Shown here: piece after piece, positions 54,008 to 64,000 of the stretch
Numbering within the stretch: position 1 is the stretch's first letter
How the letters are laid out: each line of letters begins with the position of its first letter
NCBI GenBank assembly: GCA_964016885.1
Contig: OZ024740.1
Span: forward strand, 346,580,001 to 346,644,000
DNA from: Eledone cirrhosa
Taxonomy: Eukaryota
Direction: 5' to 3'
Length of the DNA: 64,000 nt
The notes under the pieces: generated by a model
What the model was told of the DNA's origin: nothing
Seen by the model: only the letters and a program-made list of their open reading frames with translations
Databases searched by the model: none
Position numbers and translations under genes: made by a program

Positions 54008-55957
54008 ATTAACACTTCGAATTTAATATTCTATCATACTATTTCATTATAATACCATTATATATTTTAAAGGATTGTAAATAAAACGAGTAAATCAGAC
54101 AAAGTTGGAATTCCTCTTATTAATATAATCTTCTATACACAATCATACATACCCGTGTATATTTACCTATCTATATCTCTCTCTCTCGCTCTCTCTCTCT
54201 CTTTCTCTCTCTCTCTATATATATATATATGTATGGATGTATGCATGTATGTACTTATGTTTATGTGTGCACGCCTGTACCTGTGTGTGTGTACATGCAC
54301 ACCGTTTGTGGGATCATGTCGTATATATTTCACCGGCAGTGGGAGGTTGCCAAAATCTCACATTTTCGTGTTTAAAATTTATTCTGAATTTATTTTGCAT
54401 GTACTGCTTGCTTGGTATGAGTAGCAGTAGCACTAACATAACATGGTTCATAATAATGGTGTAAATGGAAATATATATAATATATTTCTCTGTATAATAA
54501 ATATACATACATCTCACTATGACTTGATTTATATGTGATCATGTCACAGCTATCTCCGTATCCATGTGAGAACGCGAGACTGTAGTGTTTCAGGATTTTT
54601 ATCCGTCATCAATGGCATTTACTCGGAACTTAGAATACGAGTAAGGAATCGAATCGACTTATCACATGCAAAATTTGTAGAAAACGATATATTAATCATT
54701 TAGTAAACCAATCCAACGTTTTGAAGGAATACCATGTACAATGTAAATAAATAATAACGGCTGGGTATCCATGATGGGAAATTAAAAGGCATTTCATTCG
54801 TCTTACACGTGTTGCTACATGAATAAAATTAAAGATAGAAATTGTGAAAATAAACTCATTCAATCTGAGATAAGAATATATGTTACTAAGAATGTATATT
54901 GTCAATAAATATTAATTTCAACCAATACTTTATCTTCAGAAATTTCATTAGAGATAGAAATTATGTAAAATTATAAAGTGTCAGAAAAAACATCCAAACC
55001 TATAGTAATTTAAATGAAATATTTTTGATCTATTCTTGATCCGACTAAAGTTATCTCTGACGTGGCTGAAAAATCATCATTGAATTTTCAGCCTTATTTA
55101 TTCTGTCTCGCATTGATGTGTCGTCTGCCCAATATGTTTTAAGAACAAAAACTAGTGTTTGATATATTCGGTCACTATTTCTTTTATATCGACCAGCCCG
55201 GTAATCGGCTCACTGATAGACATTGGTCGCCAAAATATTGCTGGCTCTTACTCAGTGTAATGATATTTCCTTACCTCTAATTTATACAATAGATTAACAT
55301 ATATTCTTAACTTCAATCTCAAATTAATTTGATAGGTTATACGTTTATCGAACTACTGAAATACGTGAGTTGCACGTAGCGTTATTTATGTAACGCCATA
55401 GAATCGTAAATTCATAAATATGAACATTGCTAAAATTGAACACAGTTAATGAATGGATATAAACTACCATATATATATATATAGTATCGTATTCCTGTTT
55501 TTCTTTGGGTTGTAACGTTTTTTAAAATATTTACTTCTGCGTCTAAAGCTTGATCTTTCTCAATTTCAGATTTTTCTCAGATCCCGTATACGGGTGAAAG
55601 CAGCGATTATTTGCTTAAACTTTAATCTGTACATATAATATATATATATATTTATATGAATATATATATATATATATATATATTTATATGTGTGTGTGTG
55701 TGTGTATGTGTGTGTGTGGGGGGTGGGGTGGGGGTGCGCGTGTGTGTGTATGTGTGTTTAAACAGCTTTTGAAAACTTTAGAGGCCTATAAACTTATTCT
55801 AAATTATATTCTACCTCATTATAAATCGAGACACAATCCCAGTCGTGCAAAAGAAACTAAAGTTAGTAAACAATCAACTAGTTAACTGCAACAGTGGGCG
55901 GACATTCAATCAAAAGTGCATCAACTTACAAACATGATAAATAAATAAATAAATATG

Positions 55958-56006
<49 letters not shown>

Positions 56007-56845
56007 TACATAATACACACAGAATACATACATAATACATACATACATATATGTTAGCATAAGTTTCACTATATGCGCTTCTGTTACAGAGTGTTTATTT
56101 AAAAGATATGTTTTCATGTGTGTACAAACGTGCCCGGCGTGTGTATAATACTGAACATACATAAACATACCGGTTATGAAAATTCATGTGCACATTTATT
56201 TATATGTGTGTTTTGATAATAGTATTTACATTCCCAGCACGAAAGAAGTGTCATAGGTTCTGTGCGAAGAAGATCAATAGTTCTTAACCGTTTTCTATCA
56301 CACATAGCTATATGTGGTACCCTAATCTTATAACTCTTTCTGGAATACGGCCAGTTGTGCTAATGTCAAGAAATAGGAGTCCATTGTAGGTCTACTGAAT
56401 CTTCGCATGTCAGCCAATTGATCCAACGTAATTTCAGAACAACCTTAAGATAATGGGAAGTTGCCAAATGTACTGCCGATACAAGCCAACAGGAGAAATC
56501 TGTTTTCAGAAAGCCTGAAGTTTTCTAATTTTAATATGTTGCCAAGATGTTTTATCCCTCACCAAGAGTCAACTTGAAATTGTACAAGGAGTAAACAAAA
56601 CTTATTTGAATTTGCAATTTTCCATTGTTGGCCATTTTTATGTTATTTTTTTCTTCTATATTATCACATTCATATTTTTTGAACGCTTATATTTCAAATA
56701 CTGGATGGCATTGACAACAATGCTAACAACAAAATAGAAGACGTCAATATGAAAAATGCTGCTACTGTTGTTTTTGATGCCGGTGGGTGGTGGTGGTGAG
56801 GATAATAATAATAATAACAATAATAATAATAATAATAATAATAAT

Positions 56846-56923
56846 GATTTCTTTATTGACCAGAAGGGCTGACATCAAGAAAAACATTACAGACGGCACA
56901 GGATGGTACAGAACGGTACGAGG
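56846..56923 (-). mobile_element. 78-bp 3'-terminal stub of a Tx1 element (family B-like) in (AAT)n
   Basis: GATTTCTTTATTGACCAGAAGGGCTGACATCAAGAAAAAC.. matches 30593 and 58025, with (AAT)n on both sides. Confidence 0.85.
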
Positions 56924-56984
<61 letters not shown>

Positions 56985-56986
<2 letters not shown>

Positions 56987-57995
56987 TTTCAGAAGTCCCA
57001 TTTACTGCTGAAATAGAAAACACAGAAAAAGCAAAGCAGGTAAACGTAACTGCAAAGAAAGAACTGCTACAGAAACTGGCTAAGAAATGGCAAGAAAAGC
57101 CTCTGTATGGAAAATACCCAGAACGAGCTAACAATCCTGATGTTGACAAAACTTTAACCCATCAGTGGTTGGCATCCTCTGGACTGAAATCCGAGACTGA
57201 AAGACTGATTATATCAGCACAAGATCAGTGTCTGCTAACAAAAAATTACCAAGCCAACATAATATAAAATGGATGAAGCCCATTATGCCGTGTATGTAAA
57301 AAAACAACCAGAGACCATTGATCATATAATTTCAATGTGCAGTCCTATAGCTCCAACCGAATACCTAAACAGGCACGACAAAGCTGCACAATACATACAT
57401 TGGATAATGTGCAAGCATTTTGACCTGCCCCATCAAAAGAATTGGTGGGAGCATCAACCACCTCCCAAACTTGAAAAAGATCACATCTCAATCTTGTGGA
57501 ATTTACCATCCAAACAGACTGAAAAATAGATGGAAATAGACCTGATATAATACTGAAGGACTTTAAAAAGAGTGTATGCCTGCTAATTGATATGTCCGTT
57601 CCAATAGACAAGAATGTATCTATAAAACATTTGAAAAATTGGGCAAGTATAAGGACCTGGAGATAGAAATTGGAAAAATGTGGAAATTGAGAACTAAAAC
57701 AATACCAGTGGTTGTAGGCGCTCTAGGAATGATACCTAAGGGGTCTAATGATTACTTATCGCAAATCCCAGGAAACCCGCGTATTTGAGAAATACAAAGG
57801 ATAGTACTAATGGGAATTACCCATATACTAAGGAAGATTCTGTCAATATAAGTACATCACAAGTCTAAACACCTAAAGATGTATGTGTGTGTATGTATGT
57901 TCTTTCTTGAACACGGCGGACCATGTTGTCTCTTGAGGTCACTGGTTGTGACTTGGTGATAACTCGTATGAACATAAAGCAAGATAAATGCAGCT
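56985..57995 (+). mobile_element. 5'-truncated, decayed R4/Dong-type element (family 2)
   Basis: Translated fragments: WQEKPLYGKY, SAQDQ, CRVCKKQPETIDHIISMC, RHD, RPDIILKD, IDMSVP, IPVVVGALG. It ends in (AAT)n. Confidence 0.88.
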
Positions 57996-58024
<29 letters not shown>

Positions 58025-58026
<2 letters not shown>

Positions 58027-61000
58027 TTTATTTATTGGCCACAAAGGCTGACATCAAGAAAAACATCACAGACGGAACAGGACGGTACGATGTGGGTTTT
58101 GTGCGTCTAAATATTTTTATTATTCATATAAGAAAAAAAAAAGATATAAAACATATATATATATAAACAATAAAATGAAAATTGAAACAATGAAAAATTC
58201 CCCAATATGGGGAAACCTCCGATGGTTACTCGTGGCGAAAACCACACAAACGACCACGGGCATCCTGACTACCAGGGCAAGCGCTCTCTCTCAATTTTTC
58301 CATCTCTCAAACTATAGACGTATATTCAGAGTGGTCCCGTTCACTCGGACCATTCTCGCTACATTCACCCACCTTTCAACAAACTTGCTAGAAAGCAGCA
58401 CTTGCCTCTCCACCCTGATTTTCCTCTTCAAGTGAAACTTGAAAAAGTTAATTAAGGATTCGCCGAAGAGGAAAGTGTTTGTCTTTAATCCCTTTAACCT
58501 TGTCCACCACACAATCTCTTTCGCTATGGCCACCAGGCAGATGAAAACCGCCTGCCCTTCCTCCTCAAAGGAAGACGGCGAGACCATCTGCACAATGGAC
58601 TCAGTCGACAACCGGATCAGTCCCACACGTGGGAGCAACTGTTCGACATAGCTCCACAAGTCAGCAATGCTCGGGCACTGAACGAATGCGTGCACAACGG
58701 TTTCGTCGCTATGCGCGCATCTCGGACAGGCTCGGCTGACGGCACTTCCGTGCCTGTAGAGCTTATCTCGAACCGGCAGCGCTCCCCGGTAACACTGCCA
58801 GGCCAGGGATTATTGGAAGTTATCCATAGGCCCTGGGCCTATGGATAACTTCCAATAGGCCCAGTTCTCCGGAAGAGAGCAAGCAGCTGATCTTCTTCGA
58901 CGCCCAGGATCTCTACGAGAACGTCGTCGCTCTTCCCCTCCACTAGTCCTCTATAGAACGCCGAGGTGGATGTTCCACCGATACTGGTGCCAAACTGGGA
59001 GAGGGCAGTGAGAGCCTGGAGACATTCCAGTTTCCATAGCTATCCCTCGGCCTGTTTCTGACCCAGGACTGCGGCTACGTCAAGGAGACGAGCTGTCGGA
59101 AAATGTTCCTGGCGAACAGCGACCACACCCGTTCACCACCAAGGAAGCACCAGAGATGTCGCAGCCTCAGCGCATGTTTGCGCATCATCAGCCATGGCAT
59201 GCCCAGTCCTCCACGCAACGGGTGTTGACAGCAGATGGATCGTCTGACCATGGGAGCGCGTCCCTTCCTCAAAAATCGGAAGAGGAGGCGCTCCATTTTG
59301 GTGAGAGTAGGGCTGGAGCAAGGGGCGACGGTGAGGCGGTAGCAGATGACGGATGCGTTGTACGCATTCGCCACTTCCGCCCGGCCTTTCAGGGACACCT
59401 TCCTCTCAGCCCATTTCTGGGTGAGGGAGGCCACCCTGCTCGTCACCTCGTTCCAGTTTTTCTCTATCTGGAGGTCCGTTCCTAACCAGACCCCAAGCAA
59501 TTTAACCGGTCCGTCCGTCAAACGCCCCACGACGCTGTCGGACGGCATGGACTTGCCTCTCCACGTGCCTAGCTGCAAGCCCACCGACTTTTCCTGGTTT
59601 ATCATTGCTGCTGTCACCGCTTCGTATTCCTTGAGAGCGGTGCCGAGCATCGGGCCGTGCCTGGTGCTCGACACCACCACGGTGACGTCGTCAGCGTAAG
59701 CCGACTCGGATTTCCCGCATTCTAGTTCGCGTGGGACGCCCCTCATCGCCTCGAGGATTGCCGCCAGGTACCGATGGTCGACCCTATCGAATGCTTTGGA
59801 TTGATCCAAATTTATCAGGGCCCCACCCTTGCCTGGTTCCTTAACCACCCTCTCTATCATGTATCGCATGAGGTGGAGGTTGTCGTGTATGGATCTGTCC
59901 GGAATGGCGCATGTATGCGCCACTCCCACCAGACCCTTGGCGACAAGCGCCAACCTCGTTGCTAACAACTTGGCCAAAATCCTGAACTCTGCGTTTAGCA
60001 GGGTTATGGGCCTGAAATTATCAATAACATCCCCCTTGTTCGTGTCTTTTCTCAGCAGCGCCACTGCTCCCCGGCTCACAAATCTGGGAATACTCCCCTT
60101 CTGCTGCCAGTTGCAGTAGACGTCTGCCAAGAGGTCACCGAAAAAGTCTGGCATAAATTCATAAAGCTCGTAGTGCAGACCATCTAAACCTGGCGATTTA
60201 CGTCTTATGCAGTTAGCCATCGCTTCCCGTATTTCACCGGCTGTTATTGGCTTTTAGCAACACTGTGCTGCTGTCGTGGAGAGCCGAGGCAGTCCGTCGA
60301 GGTATGCACTGAAGTCCATTCCCCGATGCGGGCCGCCGCCGCTCCCGAACAGTTCAGCAAAGTGCTGCTGAAAAGCTTCACACATCCGCTCGTGTTAGAG
60401 CATCACGCACTCGTTTTGGTCAGGCAAAGACCGAATTGTGGCTTTGTTACCACGTCGCGCCTCTGTCATCCGGGCCCCTTGGACAGCTTTTATCCCCTCT
60501 TGTTTCAGAGCACGCACTCTAGCTCTGACAACGCAGCCTTCGTGTTTTGCGTTGAAGAATTGGTCGAGTGCCAATCTCGCCGCAAGCACGTCGGTTGCGA
60601 TGCCTATCCTAAATGCCTCTTCTAGCTTTCTGACTAGCTCTCCCTCTACTCTATTTTCCTCCATCACTACTCCTTTGCTAAACCTAATCGACTCTACTTT
60701 AATTGCCCTTTTCAGGGCGAACCACCACCCGTTGTTGATGACCGCTCCCGTCAACGCCCGCTTAACTAATACGCTAATCCGGTCTCTGTAGGCCTTGCGC
60801 GCCGGGAAAGACGCGTTCAGCTTCCAGTAACCAGGCCCTTGTCTATGAAGTCTGTCTAAGTCGATCTCACAGATCACAAAGTTGTTGTCTGTGTAGTCGA
60901 CTATTTTAAATTGTGGACAACTTATACTAGCCTTATCTAGTTCCCTGCAGAATACCCTATCTCGATACGATGTGGTTGACCCGATGCGGTTTGTCCATGT

Positions 61001-63294
61001 CCACATTGGCACATTCGGGTGATCCAGTCGATACCTGTCAGACAGTTCAAAACCTTTGAGCAGGTTCGTTAGCCTCTTGCACCCTCCTCCCCTATCCATT
61101 AGCCCCACACAATCCCAGCGTGCATCCAAGATACCGTTCCAGTCGCCCACTAACAATAAAGAGCGGGACGTTCCAAGAAAGGTCTCTAGACGTCTGACGA
61201 AATCTGGCCGTCCTGCCCCTGTTGGGGCGTAGACGGCTACTAGCCTGAAAGCATTGCCTTCGCTCTCGGTCACGTCCAACACCAAAGACTTACCTTCTGT
61301 GTCCAGGAAGATGGCCCGTATTGCGAGATCCAAGCCTCTCCGAAAAAGGACGGCAACCCCTCGCCCCGATTCTGGACGACTGGGAGATGCGTATACATCG
61401 TAGCCACCGAAGATCGGTGCGAAGGCCTGTGCCTCGGAGATTCTTGTTTCACTGATGGCCACCACATCTATGTTTAGTGACCTGAGGTCATTGAGCAGGT
61501 GACCCTGCTTCCAAGATGACCCCTGGCCACGTGCATTTATACCGCCTATTCTGAGTACAGCTATGTTGGATGAGAAACGGGGCAAATGAGAAAGGGTCAC
61601 TTACCTTGTTCGTGTGGTGAAGGGACAGTAGAACCGTCCCTTTCGCTGGTCATGGGTGTTTCCAAGAGGATGTCAGTGTATATCCTTTTGGTAACCTTCC
61701 CTCTGAATCCTCCAACTGCGTTGGGGAATTTTTGTTTTAAAGGTTTGTATTGTTCTATTGAGATTTCGATGATGCTTATGTTTGTCGGGAGAGTTCTTGG
61801 TGTTGGTGGGGTGTAGTAGTTTTTTTCCGTGATGTCTGTGTGCTGCTGTATATATTTTATGAGTTCTTTTTTGCTATGTTTATAGCTGTGTACTTTTTTG
61901 TGGGAGGGGTGATTTGGTTGCCGTTTTCTTCTTGTTGCTGTTTGGTGTGTGTGTCTTGTTGTGTTTGCGTTGTTGGTGTTTGTGGTGGTGTTGCTGCAAG
62001 TTTCCTTGCTGCCTTTACCCCTCTTTGTATGCCTTCGCTTTTGGAGGGTGAATGTAAGTTTTTTTTTTCTTTTTTGTTTTTTGCCAGCCAAGGTATGGGC
62101 ACGTCGGGTGGGACCTGGTTTATTTTGACCCTCACAATATTCTGCCCGCAGTAGGAGGGCACCAAGACTAACTCCTCACTCTTTAGGGTTTCCAAAGAGT
62201 GAGACTTTGCTTCCTGGGGGGTGGCGAAAAGTACGTCTACTGTGGCGTAATTTCTACCTCGGATGATGTGGGTTTTGCGTGCCCAGACCCACTCCATGGC
62301 CTTTTGGATTTGAGCCTCCGTGGCTCTCTCCACTCGATGTGAGATTTTGCTTACGGTGCGGTAAGTCACCGTCCGTAGCTGCTGGTCCTTGAAAAATCGG
62401 GTGGAGGTTTTAGGGAAACTCTATTTGCGCTTCTTGTCACCATGGCCCTTGCGACTGCCATCTCCACCTCTGTGACTAACACTGTCTCGATATATCGGGC
62501 AACACCTGCAAAAGAAGTGGTCCCTTTTTCAGCAGCACCACTATTGCTGCCGCTACTGGTCTTACTGGTAGTGCTGAGGTCGCTATTACAGGTATCGGTG
62601 TCATTGTTGTTCTTTTCGCTGGTACAGTTGTTGGTGTTGTTTTCGTTGATACTGTTGCTGCTGTTACTGTTATTGTGGCTGTTGTTATTATTGTTGTTTT
62701 TGTTGATACTGTTCCTACTATTATTGTTGTTGTGGCTGTTGTTATTGTCATTGTTATTGTCGTTCTCGACCTTACCGCTGTTATTTTTGTTATTGTCGTT
62801 CTCGACCTCACCGCTGTTATATTTGTTATTGTCGTTCTCCACTTTACCGCTGTTATTTTTGGTGTTGTTGGTGATGTTGTTGGTGTTATTGTTGGTGTTA
62901 TTTGTGTTAGAAATATTTGGTAATTTTAAATCTGTAACAATCTTTTTTTTCTTTGTAATATTTTCGTTTATATTTACCTCCGCTGGAACGCTGTCTTGTT
63001 GACATGCTGATAAAGTCTCCCTCTCTCTGTGTTGTCTGACAGCGCTCTCTATCTTTTTTGTGTTATCCATGTTGAAATTTTTCAAAAAATATATTTTTAC
63101 ACAAATACGAATACGAATAAGAATACGACACCCCGTAAAGGGGTGCCGTATTATTTACTAGTGAACCCCTGTATAAGGTGGGTCACTTCTTCTAAATTTT
63201 ATCAAATTTAAAACTTGAATAAAAGGTTTAGAACGGTTGAAAAAGAGGTAAAACGTTGAAAAAGACTGGAGGCGATAAGAGGCGTGGCTTCACC
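58025..63294 (-). mobile_element. Tx1 family B copy 2, both termini present, two internal deletions
   Basis: Collinear with 30593-36448. It has a 401-aa APE ORF, a 381-aa RT ORF lacking the QG motif and an ORF1 lacking CCHC. Confidence 0.95.
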
Positions 63295-63298
63295 AACA

Positions 63299-63375
<77 letters not shown>

Positions 63376-63377
<2 letters not shown>

Positions 63378-64000
63378 CTTCATTTATTGGCCAGAAGGGC
63401 CGACATATAGGGGACAATACAAAAGACCCTGGACAGTGGGGTTTTACAGAAAATTCGAGTAAACAATATGAATAACAATAACAAAGTAACAATAACAAAG
63501 TAACAATAAAGTAACAAGAAAATTAAAACAAGAAAAAATTCTCCAATAAGGGGGATGGCCACCTAGGATTCGCTCAGGTACCCCACCAGTCCTGAACGAC
63601 CCGACGCTTCGAGAGCACCCTGGAAGGTCACCCCTCTGCTCCTCAAATTTACCTACCTACAGCCGCATGTCCAGAGTAGACCTACGCACACGGGCCATTC
63701 TCGCCACATTCGCCACCTCTCAGCAATGTACTGGTGGGCAGCACTTCTCTCTCCAACCTCACCTTCCTTTCCAAGTGAAACTTGAAAAAGTTGATGAGGG
63801 ATTGGCCGAAGATAAAAGTGTCTGTCTTCAGTCCTTTCAACCTCGTCCACCATACAACCTCTTTCGCTACTAACACCAGACAGAGGAAAATTGCCTGCCC
63901 TTCCTGGCCAAAAGAAGGCGGCGTGTCGATCTTCACTATGGACACAGCCGATAGCCGGATCCGTTCTACACGCGACAACAGCTGTTCAACATAACTCCAC
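63376..64000 (-). mobile_element. 3' part of a Tx1 element, family C (runs off the window)
   Basis: The ORF2 C-terminus AKEVVWWTRLKGLKT is homologous to A/B, but the 3' UTR is distinct. AATAAA is followed by (ATT)n. Confidence 0.9.

Larger units (their letters stand above)
53737..54127. repeat. Near-perfect 391-bp palindrome of Penelope pseudo-LTR sequence (1-nt spacer at 53932)
   Basis: The arms are reverse complements with one mismatch seen. The sequence is homologous to 19052-19470. Confidence 0.95.

Overview
This is AT-rich, microsatellite-dense eukaryotic DNA, most likely from a cephalopod (octopus-like). That assignment is inferred from the SINE family and repeat landscape and was not checked. 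No host protein-coding gene is evident, and almost all of the structure comes from retroelements. (1) Two stacks of non-LTR retrotransposons are inserted into (AAT)n microsatellites, at 24.6-48.2 kb and 56.8-64 kb. They hold at least three families of Tx1/L1-clade elements, always on the minus strand, and two families of R4/Dong-type RLE elements, always on the plus strand. Each element is separated from the next by an (AAT)n tract. A fourth Tx1 family sits in a (TATC)n tract with a 19-bp TSD. (2) About ten minimal hammerhead ribozyme motifs, most with a palindromic stem III, lie in Penelope-like element remnants, in a retrozyme-like ~430-640 bp tandem repeat and in a 391-bp near-perfect palindrome. 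(3) There are also tRNA-derived SINEs, an RTE remnant and a ~950-bp-arm foldback inverted repeat. Other notable points are a perfect splice donor overlapping the ORF1 stop in all four full-length Tx1 copies, and a near-intact Dong element that appears to carry a Tx1-type 5' leader.
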